From positions 175-64,174 of the forward strand of contig JADHLZ010000005.1 in the NCBI GenBank assembly GCA_016780345.1: DNA of 64,000 bases, given 5' to 3'. Made by a program: the position numbers and the translations under genes. Shown piece by piece: positions 26,647 through 37,581 of the stretch. How positions within the stretch are numbered: position 1 is the first letter of the stretch; every line of letters begins with the position of its first letter. Source of the stretch: Flavobacteriaceae bacterium (GTDB lineage Bacteria; Bacteroidota; Bacteroidia; Flavobacteriales; Flavobacteriaceae). The notes beneath the pieces were generated by a model. It saw only the letters and a list, made by a program, of their open reading frames with translations. It was not told the DNA's origin and searched no databases.

Positions 26647-29600
26647 ATGTTACCAAAAAAACAAGGTCTATATTCACCTGACTATGAGCATGACAATTGT
26701 GGTGCTGGATTTATATGTAGTCTTAATGGTGAAAAAACTAATGCTATTATTCCAAAGGCGCTAAATATATTAACTTGCCTTGAACATAGAGGGGCGGTTA
26801 GCTCAGATGGTAAAACTGGAGATGGTGCTGGAATTTTAATTGAGATTCCTCATGATTTTTTTGTTACACAATGTGACTTTGATTTGCCAGATGCATATGA
26901 GTATGCTGTAGGGATGGTGTTCCTTCCTCAAAAAATAAATCAACTTAATTATTGTAAAGATATTTTTGAAAGAGAAATAAACAAACAAGGTTTAGAGATA
27001 TTTGGATGGAGAAAAGTACCTATAAATTCAAAAGTAGTTGGTTCAATTGCTGCCAAAACTCAACCTATAATAAATCAGGTTTTTATTGGAAAGGGGGGAA
27101 ACAAACTTTCAGATATTGAATTCAATACTAAATTATTTATTGCAAGAAAAATTACGGAGAATGAAATATACAATAGTGTTTTACTTCAAAAAAACTATTT
27201 CTATTTCTCAAGCTTACACAATAGAACTTTAATCTACAAAGGTTTATTAATTCCTGAAGATATTGATCGTTTCTACTTAGATTTAAGAGATCCTAAACTC
27301 GTTACTAGACTTGCTCTTGTTCATCAAAGATTTTCAACTAATACTTTTCCTACTTGGGATTTGGCTCAACCGTTTAGATACATGTGTCATAATGGTGAAA
27401 TAAACACAATTAAAGGAAATGTTACTAGAATGAACGCTAGAGAAGAACTAATGAAAAGTGATTTCATTGGAGATGATATTAATAAAATTTTTCCAATTAT
27501 AATAAAAGGTAAATCAGATTCTGCCCAAATGGATATGGTTGTAGAACTTCTTCTAACAACTGGAAGATCTCTTCCTGAAATTATGATGATGATGGTCCCT
27601 GAAGCATGGGAAAAGCATAAATCAATGTCTGATGATAAAAAAGCTTTCTACGAGTTTAATTCCTGTATAATGGAACCTTGGGATGGTCCAGCTTCAATTC
27701 CATTTACAGATGGAAAATTTATTGGTGCATTACTAGACAGAAATGGTTTAAGACCATCTAGGTATACCGTTACAAAAGATGGATACGTGATTATGTCCTC
27801 TGAAACTGGAGTTGTTGATATTGATTCTAAAAACATCAAGTCACATGGAAGGTTAGAACCTGGCAAAATGTTTTTAGTTGACATGAATGAAGGGAGAATC
27901 GTTGAAGATGAGGAAATAAAAAATAAAATTGTCAATAAATACCCATACAAAAAATGGGTTGATCAAAACGTTTTACGGCTTAAAGATGTTCCTTACACTG
28001 GAAATAAGACACCCAAAGAAAAAATTGATTTAGAAACACGATTAAGAATTTTTGGATATACACAAGAAGATTTAAAGACTATAATTCTTCCAATGTGTTT
28101 ATCAGGAAAAGAATCAATTGGTTCAATGGGCACTGATACCCCATTAGCTGTATTATCAAATAAACCTCAGTTACTTTTTAATTACTTTAAACAACTATTT
28201 GCTCAGGTTACAAATCCACCACTTGATGGAATCAGAGAAGAAATTGTAACAGACACAAGTCTAGGAATTGGGAGTGATTTTAATATATATGATTTTGTTT
28301 CTGATCATTGTAAAAAATTACACATTAAAAACCCAATAATTTCTAATGAAGATTTAGACAAAATTAAATTTATAAAACACAAGAGTTTTAAAACGGCATC
28401 TGTAAGTGCTCTTTATGATATAATTAAAGGTCACAATGGAATTGAAGAGGCATTAGAAAATATGGTAAGAAATGTTAATAGATATGTTGACGAAGGATGT
28501 AATATTATTATTATTACTGATAGAGGAGTTTCAAAAAAAAAGGGAGCAATTCCTATTTTATTAGCATGCTCTAACGTTCATCATATTTTAATGAAAGCTA
28601 AAAAAAGATCCAAATTTGGTATTGTAATAGAATCCTCTGAACCCAGAGAACCACACCATTTTTCTTTGTTGTTTGGATATGGAGCTAGTGCAATTAACCC
28701 ATACCTTGTAAATGAATTAATTGAATATCATCATTCTAAAGGTGATTTTGGAAAGCAAAGTTTAGATCAATCTATATACAACTACAACAAAGCAATAGAC
28801 AAAGGCATATTAAAAGTGATGAATAAAATAGGAATATCTACTTTACATTCTTATAGAGGTGCACAAATTTTTGAAGCATTAGGCTTAAGAGAAAGTTTTG
28901 TTGAAAAATACTTTTCAAATACGCCAACTCGAATTGAAGGGATTGGACTATATAGTTTAGAAAAAGAATTAGCAAAGAGACATAACAGTGCTTTTGTTAA
29001 TGATAAATTTGTAAGTTTAGAAATAGGTGGTAATTATCGATGGAGAAGGAACGGAGAAGCTCATATGCTTAATCCTGCTACAATTTCCAAGTTACAACAA
29101 GCAGTTAAGGAAGATAAATTTGAAACTTATAAAGTTTATGCTGACTTAATTAATAATCAAAACAAACAACTAATGACTATTCGTGGAATGTTTAAATTAG
29201 TTGATTATGATCCTATTCCTATTGAAGAAGTTGAGCCTTGGACAGAAATAGTTAAAAGATTTAAGACCGGAGCTATGTCTTATGGTTCAATAAGCAAAGA
29301 AGCTCATGAAAATTTAGCAATTGCTATGAACAGAATTGGTGGAAAAAGTAATTCTGGTGAAGGAGGTGAAGATTCAGCAAGGTTTACGAAAGAAAAAGAT
29401 GGAACTTGGAAAAATAGTGCTATAAAACAAGTTGCTTCAGGAAGATTTGGTGTAAGTTCTCATTATTTAAGTAGTGCTAAAGAAATTCAAATAAAAATGG
29501 CTCAAGGAGCCAAACCTGGAGAGGGAGGGCAGTTGCCTGGACCTAAAGTAAACCCAATGATTGCTAAAGTAAGAAATTCAACTCCTTATGTCGGATTAAT

Positions 29601-31146
29601 ATCTCCTCCACCTCATCATGATATTTATTCTATTGAGGACTTGTCTCAGTTGATTTACGATTTAAAAAATGCTAACAGAGAAGCTCGTATCAATGTAAAA
29701 CTTGTTTCAGAAGTGGGTGTTGGAACCATAGCTGCTGGAGTTGCTAAGGCTAAAGCTGATGTTATTTTAATTTCTGGGTTTGATGGAGGAACCGGAGCTT
29801 CTCCACTAACTTCATTAAAACATGCAGGACTTCCTTGGGAGTTAGGTATTGCAGAGACTCAACAAACCCTTGTAATGAACGATTTAAGAGGAAGAGTTGT
29901 TATTGAATGCGATGGTCAAATGAAAACGGGAAGAGATGTAGCCATTGCCTGTTTACTTGGAGCTGAAGAATTTGGTTTTTCAACTGCACCTTTAATTGCA
30001 TCTGGATGCATTATGATGAGAGCATGTCATCTTAATACATGTCCTGTTGGAATTGCAACTCAAGACCCTGAACTAAGGAAAAACTTTAAAGGTAAACCAG
30101 AACACGTAATTAACTTTATGTACTTTGTTGCTGAAGAACTTAGAGAGATTATGGCAAAACTTGGCTATAGAACTGTTGATGAAATGGTTGGACAAAGTCA
30201 AAAAATTAACATGGAAGATGCAATTAAAAACTATAAAACAAAAGGAATTAATTTATCTAAAATTTTATATAAACCGAATGTCTCTGAAAGTACTCCTCTA
30301 AGGAATACTACTAGTCAAGATCATAATTTAGAAAATGTAATTGATTTTAAAATTTTAAAAGAAGCTAAACTTGCAGTTGAGAAAAAAGTAAAAATGAGTT
30401 TGACTTATGATATAAAAAATACTGACAGAACAGTCGGAACAATCATAAGTAATGAAATTTCAAAGCTGTATGGAGCAAAAGGTCTACCAAAAGATACTCT
30501 TGAGCTTAATTTCAATGGTGCAGCAGGTCAAAGTTTTGGTGCTTTCGCATCACATGGATTGTCATTGATTGTAAATGGAAATACAAACGATTACTTTGGA
30601 AAAGGCCTTTCAGGAGCTAAGATAATTGTAAGAGTTCCTAAAGAGGCAGATTTAATTTCTAACGAAAATATAATTACAGGAAATGTTGCACTTTATGGAG
30701 CTACAGCTGGGGAAGCATACATTAATGGTATTGCAGGTGAAAGATTTTGTGTAAGAAATTCAGGAGCATCAGCAGTCGTTGAGGGTGTTGGAGATCATGG
30801 TTGTGAATATATGACTGGAGGTACAGTCATTATTCTTGGTAAGACGGGAAGAAATTTTGCTGCAGGTATGAGTGGCGGAACAGCGTATATTTATAAAACA
30901 GAAAATTTTGATAACAGAAATTTCAATAATGAAATGATTGAATTTGAAAATCCTTCAGTTCAAGATCTTGATTTGGTTAAAAAATTAATTGAAAATCATT
31001 TTACATACACATCTAGTAAAATAGCAGAAAAAATTCTTAATAATTGGACGATAGAATCTTTAAATTTTATTAAAATTATGCCAACAGAATATAAGTTAGC
31101 ACTAGAAAAGATGGCAAAAGAAAAAATTAATGAAATAATAAATTAA
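26647..31146 (+). CDS. gltB: Glutamate synthase large subunit
   Basis: 1499 aa. Ntn amidotransferase Cys in DNCGAGFI, FMN and 3Fe-4S domains, and the C-terminal GXGXG repeat domain. Confidence 0.97.
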   Translation: MLPKKQGLYSPDYEHDNCGAGFICSLNGEKTNAIIPKALNILTCLEHRGAVSSDGKTGDGAGILIEIPHDFFVTQCDFDLPDAYEYAVGMVFLPQKINQLNYCKDIFEREINKQGLEIFGWRKVPINSKVVGSIAAKTQPIINQVFIGKGGNKLSDIEFNTKLFIARKITENEIYNSVLLQKNYFYFSSLHNRTLIYKGLLIPEDIDRFYLDLRDPKLVTRLALVHQRFSTNTFPTWDLAQPFRYMCHNGEINTIKGNVTRMNAREELMKSDFIGDDINKIFPIIIKGKSDSAQMDMVVELLLTTGRSLPEIMMMMVPEAWEKHKSMSDDKKAFYEFNSCIMEPWDGPASIPFTDGKFIGALLDRNGLRPSRYTVTKDGYVIMSSETGVVDIDSKNIKSHGRLEPGKMFLVDMNEGRIVEDEEIKNKIVNKYPYKKWVDQNVLRLKDVPYTGNKTPKEKIDLETRLRIFGYTQEDLKTIILPMCLSGKESIGSMGTDTPLAVLSNKPQLLFNYFKQLFAQVTNPPLDGIREEIVTDTSLGIGSDFNIYDFVSDHCKKLHIKNPIISNEDLDKIKFIKHKSFKTASVSALYDIIKGHNGIEEALENMVRNVNRYVDEGCNIIIITDRGVSKKKGAIPILLACSNVHHILMKAKKRSKFGIVIESSEPREPHHFSLLFGYGASAINPYLVNELIEYHHSKGDFGKQSLDQSIYNYNKAIDKGILKVMNKIGISTLHSYRGAQIFEALGLRESFVEKYFSNTPTRIEGIGLYSLEKELAKRHNSAFVNDKFVSLEIGGNYRWRRNGEAHMLNPATISKLQQAVKEDKFETYKVYADLINNQNKQLMTIRGMFKLVDYDPIPIEEVEPWTEIVKRFKTGAMSYGSISKEAHENLAIAMNRIGGKSNSGEGGEDSARFTKEKDGTWKNSAIKQVASGRFGVSSHYLSSAKEIQIKMAQGAKPGEGGQLPGPKVNPMIAKVRNSTPYVGLISPPPHHDIYSIEDLSQLIYDLKNANREARINVKLVSEVGVGTIAAGVAKAKADVILISGFDGGTGASPLTSLKHAGLPWELGIAETQQTLVMNDLRGRVVIECDGQMKTGRDVAIACLLGAEEFGFSTAPLIASGCIMMRACHLNTCPVGIATQDPELRKNFKGKPEHVINFMYFVAEELREIMAKLGYRTVDEMVGQSQKINMEDAIKNYKTKGINLSKILYKPNVSESTPLRNTTSQDHNLENVIDFKILKEAKLAVEKKVKMSLTYDIKNTDRTVGTIISNEISKLYGAKGLPKDTLELNFNGAAGQSFGAFASHGLSLIVNGNTNDYFGKGLSGAKIIVRVPKEADLISNENIITGNVALYGATAGEAYINGIAGERFCVRNSGASAVVEGVGDHGCEYMTGGTVIILGKTGRNFAAGMSGGTAYIYKTENFDNRNFNNEMIEFENPSVQDLDLVKKLIENHFTYTSSKIAEKILNNWTIESLNFIKIMPTEYKLALEKMAKEKINEIIN

Positions 31147-31149
31147 TTT

Positions 31150-32610
31150 ATGGGAAAATTTAAAGGATTTATTGAATTTGAAAGAACTGATGAAAGGTTA
31201 ATTCCTGTAAAAAAAAGAGTAAAAAATTATAATGAATTTACTATAAAACCCTCAGAAAAAAAATTAAAAGAACAAGGTGGAAGATGTATGGACTGTGGTG
31301 TACCTTTCTGTCATAGTGGATGCCCACTTGGAAATTTAATTCCAGATTTTAATGACGCAGTATATAATAATGAATGGGAAAAAGCATTACATCTTTTACA
31401 TTCAACAAATAATTTTCCTGAATTCACGGGAAGGTTATGTCCTGCTCCATGTGAAGCTGCATGTGTTTTAGGAATTATAAGTCCACCCGTTTCGATTGAA
31501 CTGATTGAAAAATATATTGTTGAAAGAGGGTTCAAGGAAGGATGGATAAAAGCTATTCCTCCTAAAAATAGAACTGGAAAAAAAATAGCAATTGTAGGAT
31601 CTGGCCCTGCTGGTTTAGCTGCAGCTCAACAACTTAACAAGGCTGGTCACTCTATTGATGTATTTGAACGTGATTCAAAAATTGGGGGACTCTTAAGATA
31701 TGGAATACCTGATTTTAAGATGGAAAAGCATGTTATTGACAGAAGATTATCTATACTTGAAGAAGAAGGTATAAAATTTCACACAAATATAGAAGTTGGT
31801 GTTGATTTATCTTGTAATGAACTTAATAATTATGACTCTGTAGTATTGTGTGGAGGAGCTACTATAAAAAGAAATCTTCCAATTAAAGGTTCAGATCTTT
31901 ATGGTGTTAAGCAAGCTATGGAATTTCTAACTCTTCAAAATGAAGTTGTTGATGGAATTAAAAAAACTACTGAATCGTTAAATGCTAAAGGAAAGAATGT
32001 CATAGTAATTGGTGGTGGTGATACGGGATCTGATTGCATTGGAACATCAAATAGACAAGGAGCTAAATCAGTTACAAATTTTGAAATTATGCCAAAACCG
32101 AGTAGTGAAAGATCTGAAGAAAACCCTTGGCCTTATTGGCCATTTAAATTAAAAACCTCATCTTCACATGAAGAAGGAATTCACAGAGAATGGAGTATTT
32201 TAACTAAAGAGTTTATTGGAGATAACAGTGGAAAAGTTAAAAGCTTAAAAACAGTTGAAGTTGAGTGGATAAAAAAAGAAGGTGAAAGACCTATTCTCAA
32301 AGAAATTAAAGGATCTGAAAAATTATGGCCTTGTGATTTGGCATTACTTGCTTTAGGATTTACTGGACATGAGCCTGATTTAGTTGATAAATTAAATTTA
32401 CAAACTGACAATAACAATCAAATAGTTACTAATAACTATCAAACTAGTGTAGCCAACATATTTTCAGCAGGTGATATGAGAAGAGGACAATCCCTAATAG
32501 TTTGGGCAATTTCAGAGGGAAGAGAAGCTGCTTATCAAGTTGATAAATTTTTAATGGGAAGTTCAAAATTAGAGACAAAAGAAAATGGTGATCTCCCACA
32601 AGTGAGATAG
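31150..32610 (+). CDS. gltD: Glutamate synthase small subunit (NADPH)
   Basis: 486 aa with N-terminal Fe-S Cys clusters (CMDCGVPFC, CPAPCEAAC) and dinucleotide fold IAIVGSGPAGLAAA. Confidence 0.96.
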   Translation: MGKFKGFIEFERTDERLIPVKKRVKNYNEFTIKPSEKKLKEQGGRCMDCGVPFCHSGCPLGNLIPDFNDAVYNNEWEKALHLLHSTNNFPEFTGRLCPAPCEAACVLGIISPPVSIELIEKYIVERGFKEGWIKAIPPKNRTGKKIAIVGSGPAGLAAAQQLNKAGHSIDVFERDSKIGGLLRYGIPDFKMEKHVIDRRLSILEEEGIKFHTNIEVGVDLSCNELNNYDSVVLCGGATIKRNLPIKGSDLYGVKQAMEFLTLQNEVVDGIKKTTESLNAKGKNVIVIGGGDTGSDCIGTSNRQGAKSVTNFEIMPKPSSERSEENPWPYWPFKLKTSSSHEEGIHREWSILTKEFIGDNSGKVKSLKTVEVEWIKKEGERPILKEIKGSEKLWPCDLALLALGFTGHEPDLVDKLNLQTDNNNQIVTNNYQTSVANIFSAGDMRRGQSLIVWAISEGREAAYQVDKFLMGSSKLETKENGDLPQVR

Positions 32611-32614
32611 ACTT

Positions 32615-34558
32615 TTAATTAAAGAAATTCCATACTAATCCAAATCTAATAATAAAATCCCTGTAAGGATAAGATGGTGATGAATAGAAATTATTTCCAG
32701 TTAATTTAGAATTGAAATGTTCCGCTTTCAAATAAATTCTCGTCCTTTGAATTCTAGCATTAAGGAATAAATCAATTATTGGGAAATTTCCTATTTTTTT
32801 TTCCGTTTGAATATGAAAAGCACTAATTAAAGGATTGTACTCATTAGAATAGTATTTTGAAAAATATTTAAATGAAATTCCTGTTTGAAGAAACATCGCT
32901 TTCTTAAAAACATCATTGGAATAGTAAAATGTATTTCGAGTTATAAATTCTGGAAGATTTAAAATACTATTAGTTTGGTTAACTTTTTGATAAATTAACG
33001 AATTATCTAAAGCAAATTTTCCAAATTTGAATTCCTTTTGCCATTTGATTTTTAAATGTTTTATAGTTTGTTTACTTTGATTAATCCCAGGAACTAATTT
33101 TAAATCTCTATCATCATTTAAAGGCTGTTTTTCTTTAATTGAGAAAAAAGTAAAATTATCAACTAAGCTAAGTTTGAAATTTATATTACCTATTTCATGA
33201 GAAAAAACACTTAGATTAATATTATTAATTTTAATTTTTTCCAAGCTTTCTCTCCAACCAATTTCATTATAATCACTATCATAGAGCTCAAAATAAAAAC
33301 CAGGATGCTTTTTAAGACTACTAAATTCTAAATAATAATTTAAGTTTTTAAATTCTGAGTCCAATTTAATATATAGTAAATCCCCTAATCTATCTCCAAA
33401 TAAATTTTTTTCTACTTTCCCAGTAAGATTGTTTTTAAAAATATTTTTTTTAAACTCAACTGAAAAAGAATTTTCATTTTGATCAAATCCTTTAGAAGAG
33501 GAACTTAGAGCATTAGTTACATAGTCATAGTTATAATTTAAATATGAAATTTTTAAATCATCCAGAATATTAGATTTTAATGATGTATAAAATTTATTAT
33601 ACATGGTTTTAATTTGAGTCTTATCATTTATTGAATTTTCTGAAGTTCCATAAAAATCAGAAGATTTATCTTGCTCAAAAGAGTAATAAGAAGTCTCGTA
33701 TTTAAAGGTGTGGCCCAAACTTAAAGAATTACTTTTTTTAGATTTCAGCAATACAAATTCATGATCTAGAAAAAAACGCTTGCTTAGAAAATGGCTTGTG
33801 GCATCTTCAAATTTTACAGAAAGTTTTGATCTTTCAGTAAATAAATTATCTTCTGATTCAAAATTAATTATAGAAGCATTAGTCAACCCTCCATTTTCCC
33901 TGTTTTCGAAATTCTGACTCACGTAATGAGTCTTGAATTTATAATTATCTTTCTTTGAATTGTAATTCGATGTGAATCGAAACATTTTTAAGCCAGAAAG
34001 AATATTTTGATAATTCCCTAGCGATCTCATGCCTTTAAATCCGATTGAAAAATTAAATTGTTCTGATGTGTTAGTTGCAAAAAAAACATCTGTAAATTGT
34101 CCTTGTTTCATTACAGATTTAAATAACAATTCCGTTAAAGGTGTTGGAACCTTATAATATTTTACATCTTCAGATTTTAAGTAAGCATATTGCTTTGATG
34201 AGAAACTTTCTTCTGGAAAAATTGAATTTTCATAGGAATAAGTAAGTGTATTATAGGTTTGACCAAAATTTGAAAATTTAAGTATTTCCAAATTATCTTT
34301 TCTTAAATAATTAAATCTGTAATATTTTTTAATCGAAAGTGTTGTATCTATAGTAATTGAATCTCCAGTACTATTAAAAATTAAATACTTATTCTTAATT
34401 TCATTATTATTTTTAATCGAATCGTTTTTTGTTATAGAAATTAGATTAATGTTATCAAGACTTATTGGATCTTGCCCTACAATAAAATTGAATGAAATAA
34501 AAAGAAAAAATAAGAAATTAATGATTTTCATAACTCTATTTAATTCAAAGTTATTCAT
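32615..34558 (-). CDS. Outer-membrane beta-barrel protein (flavobacterial putative-porin type)
   Basis: 647 aa with a signal peptide, alternating aromatic/polar beta-strand pattern throughout, and C-terminal ..RFGLVWNFFN. Confidence 0.5.
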   Translation of the reverse strand: MNNFELNRVMKIINFLFFLFISFNFIVGQDPISLDNINLISITKNDSIKNNNEIKNKYLIFNSTGDSITIDTTLSIKKYYRFNYLRKDNLEILKFSNFGQTYNTLTYSYENSIFPEESFSSKQYAYLKSEDVKYYKVPTPLTELLFKSVMKQGQFTDVFFATNTSEQFNFSIGFKGMRSLGNYQNILSGLKMFRFTSNYNSKKDNYKFKTHYVSQNFENRENGGLTNASIINFESEDNLFTERSKLSVKFEDATSHFLSKRFFLDHEFVLLKSKKSNSLSLGHTFKYETSYYSFEQDKSSDFYGTSENSINDKTQIKTMYNKFYTSLKSNILDDLKISYLNYNYDYVTNALSSSSKGFDQNENSFSVEFKKNIFKNNLTGKVEKNLFGDRLGDLLYIKLDSEFKNLNYYLEFSSLKKHPGFYFELYDSDYNEIGWRESLEKIKINNINLSVFSHEIGNINFKLSLVDNFTFFSIKEKQPLNDDRDLKLVPGINQSKQTIKHLKIKWQKEFKFGKFALDNSLIYQKVNQTNSILNLPEFITRNTFYYSNDVFKKAMFLQTGISFKYFSKYYSNEYNPLISAFHIQTEKKIGNFPIIDLFLNARIQRTRIYLKAEHFNSKLTGNNFYSSPSYPYRDFIIRFGLVWNFFN

Positions 34559-34602
34559 TTCATTTCATTTAATTAAAATGAAAATTTTTAAATTCATTAT
34601 TA

Positions 34603-35175
34603 ATGTTAATTAATTCATATTCGAAACTAGTTGAATGCGGAACTGATGAAGCTGGAAGAGGATCTATTGCCGGTCCAGTAACTGCTGCTGCTGTAATATT
34701 ACCAAGGGATTTTATTAATGTTGAGTTAAACGATTCGAAAAAACTATCAATAAACAAAAGGCTTGAACTAAGAGAAATTATTTTAAAAAAAGCATTAGCC
34801 TATTCTATCGTACATATTCAAACAAACACCATAGAAAAAATCAACATTTTAAATGCATCAATACTGGCAATGAATAAATCAATAGATCAACTTTCTATTA
34901 AACCTGAATTTATTTTAGTTGATGGTAATAGATTTAATTCAAAAAATAATATTCCATTCAAATGCATAGTAAACGGAGATTCAAAATATATGAATATTGC
35001 AGCTGCATCCATTTTAGCTAAGACAAGCAGAGACGAATTAATGGAAAAAATTTCTTTTAAGTTTCCAAATTATAAATGGGAAAAAAATAAAGGATATCCA
35101 ACCAAAGAACATAGGGAAGCTTTGTTAAAATATGGAATTACAGTTCATCACAGAAAAAGCTTTAAGTTACTTTAA
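34603..35175 (+). CDS. rnhB: Ribonuclease HII
   Basis: 190 aa with GTDEAGRGSIAGPV active-site motif, DSKKLS and VDG. Confidence 0.95.
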   Translation: MLINSYSKLVECGTDEAGRGSIAGPVTAAAVILPRDFINVELNDSKKLSINKRLELREIILKKALAYSIVHIQTNTIEKINILNASILAMNKSIDQLSIKPEFILVDGNRFNSKNNIPFKCIVNGDSKYMNIAAASILAKTSRDELMEKISFKFPNYKWEKNKGYPTKEHREALLKYGITVHHRKSFKLL

Positions 35176-35214
35176 ATTCAATAAATAGTTCATTACATTT
35201 ACTTCATAAATTAT

Positions 35215-37581
35215 ATGAAAAAACTATTATTAGTACTATTGTTTTTTGGCGTAAGCTGTCAGCAAAACAACGATGTAAAATCATTTATTGATTTAATTCC
35301 AAGTAATCCATTATTGATTATAAAAAACAGCAAGGATTTTAATAACAGCTTAGTTAATTTTAATAAGAATTTAAATAAACTTCTATTAAAAAAATCAGAC
35401 TCTATTTTAGATTATAAACTCGAATCAGAAAGTTTGATTAGCTATCATAAAATTGGCAAAAATGAAATAAAGCCTATATCATTTAGATATTTTAATGAAG
35501 GGTATTATAAAAACAGAAATATTATTGATTCTGTACTTTATGATGGTTATATTATAAAAAAAATAGGTAATGAAGAGTATTTTTATTTCTCTACTGTAAA
35601 AAATAATATTTTAATTCAATCTGAGAGTAAATTATTAATTGAAAACTCTATCAGAAACTCAAACTTGGTTAGTAAAAAATTAGACCAAGACCTACTTGAT
35701 TTAAACAAAATTTCAAATTCTAATACAGTATTATTTGTTTCAGAAAAATTAAAAAATTTCATAGACAACAAAGACCTTAACTATTTTTTTGAAATTAACA
35801 ATCTTTCAAGCTGGTTTCAATTTGATGTTGATTTAAATAAAAATGGAATCATCTTAAATGGCGTTTCATTTCAAAATGATTCAATTATAAGACCAATAAA
35901 TTACTTAAATGGGATAAATCCATCAGAAAGTGAACTGCTAAACTTAGTCCCAAATAATTTTAACGATTTTAAAAGTTTTGTTTTTGATTTTAAGCAATAC
36001 ATGATAAACATTGAAAAATTTGAATCAATTACAGAAATTGAAAAAATAAAAAACGATTCAATATTATTTGATGTAAAGGAATTTGCAGTTTTAAGTTCAA
36101 TAAAAGATTCATTAATAATGGTAAATTTTAAAAGTTCTGAATCTTTTGAAAACCTTATAAATTTAAATATTACTGATAGCTACAAATACAGAAACTTTAC
36201 TATTAATAAAATTGATAACGATCTATTTAATTTTAATCGAATAAAATTTTACAACTTTAAATCAAATCAAAAGTATTTTACACAAATAGAAAACAACATC
36301 ATCGTTGGAAATTCTAATGAGGGAATTGAAAATCTTCTCAGTAACTTATCCATTACCTCAACACTAAAAAATAACCTAGATTTTGTTCAAATTCAAAATC
36401 AAATTCCTGAAAAAAGTAATTATTTAGGCGTAACGAATATTGAAAAAAGCAAAAGTTCTACATTGAATGAACTGGGATTGTCATCAAAAGATTACCCTTA
36501 CAAAGTAAATTTAATAACTCTTGAAAATAATTTTTTATATAATATACATACAGTTTTAAAAATCACTAAAAATAATAACGTTGATAAAATTAATTTGAAT
36601 GGAAATTTTAAAGCAGAATTCCCTATAAATTTTTCACCAAAATTTGTTACAAACTATATTACAAACAAAAAAGAAATTATTTTTCAAGATCATTTAAATA
36701 ATTTATATCTAATATCGTTGGATGGAGAATTGATTTGGAAAAAAAATATTAAGAATAAAATAATTGGAAACATTCATCAAATTGATTTATATAAAAATGG
36801 TAGGCTACAATTTGCATTTAGTACAACAAAGGATTTCCAAATCTTAGATAAAAATGGAAATATTGTAAAAAAAGTTGAACATAACAATAAAGTTGGTCTT
36901 TCAATATTTGATTATGATAAAGTAAAAAACTATAGATTCTTTTTACTTGGAAACAATTTGAAACTGATCAATTCAAACATGGATAATGTTAAGGGTTTTA
37001 ATAAAAAAACTCTTAAAGGACAATTTGTTAATAGTCCTAAACATTATAGAATAGGTTCAAAAGATTATTTAATCTTTAATGTTGACAATAAGATTATTAT
37101 AACGGATAGAAGAGGTGATATCAGAATAAAAAATAATTTAAATAATATTGAAAATGAAATTTACTTATATCAAAATTATTTTACCACAATCGATACTAAT
37201 AATAATTTAATCAAGTTGGATACAAATGGAAAAGTTAGTAAAAAACCTCTACCACTTGAAAGCATGTATTTAATCAATGCTAATGAGGATAACATAATTT
37301 ATTTAAGTGAAAATATTTTAAATATTAATGACAATATCATTGAATTAAAATTTGGAAATTATTTAAAACCAAAATTATTTAGAACAAAATCAAAAGATTT
37401 AATTTCAGTAATTAACAAAGAAGAAAACAAAGTTTACATGTTTAATTCGTTAGGTGAAGAAATTAAAAACTTCCCAATTTTTGGTTCCAGTTCAATTGAT
37501 TTTTATGAGAATAAAAAATCAAAAAAATACATAACATGTGTGGGAGAATCTAATGAAATTTTAGTTTACTCTTTCAATTAA
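35215..37581 (+). CDS. Large Asn/Lys-rich lipoprotein of unknown function, with a C-terminal repeat region suggesting a beta-propeller
   Basis: 788 aa with lipobox FFGVSC. Five or more repeats of a hydrophobic-x-D/S-x-x-G-x-hydrophobic-x-K pattern in the last ~300 aa (LDGELIWKK, LDKNGNIVKK, TDRRGDIRIK, LDTNGKVSKK, NSLGEEIKNF). Confidence 0.6.
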   Translation: MKKLLLVLLFFGVSCQQNNDVKSFIDLIPSNPLLIIKNSKDFNNSLVNFNKNLNKLLLKKSDSILDYKLESESLISYHKIGKNEIKPISFRYFNEGYYKNRNIIDSVLYDGYIIKKIGNEEYFYFSTVKNNILIQSESKLLIENSIRNSNLVSKKLDQDLLDLNKISNSNTVLFVSEKLKNFIDNKDLNYFFEINNLSSWFQFDVDLNKNGIILNGVSFQNDSIIRPINYLNGINPSESELLNLVPNNFNDFKSFVFDFKQYMINIEKFESITEIEKIKNDSILFDVKEFAVLSSIKDSLIMVNFKSSESFENLINLNITDSYKYRNFTINKIDNDLFNFNRIKFYNFKSNQKYFTQIENNIIVGNSNEGIENLLSNLSITSTLKNNLDFVQIQNQIPEKSNYLGVTNIEKSKSSTLNELGLSSKDYPYKVNLITLENNFLYNIHTVLKITKNNNVDKINLNGNFKAEFPINFSPKFVTNYITNKKEIIFQDHLNNLYLISLDGELIWKKNIKNKIIGNIHQIDLYKNGRLQFAFSTTKDFQILDKNGNIVKKVEHNNKVGLSIFDYDKVKNYRFFLLGNNLKLINSNMDNVKGFNKKTLKGQFVNSPKHYRIGSKDYLIFNVDNKIIITDRRGDIRIKNNLNNIENEIYLYQNYFTTIDTNNNLIKLDTNGKVSKKPLPLESMYLINANEDNIIYLSENILNINDNIIELKFGNYLKPKLFRTKSKDLISVINKEENKVYMFNSLGEEIKNFPIFGSSSIDFYENKKSKKYITCVGESNEILVYSFN

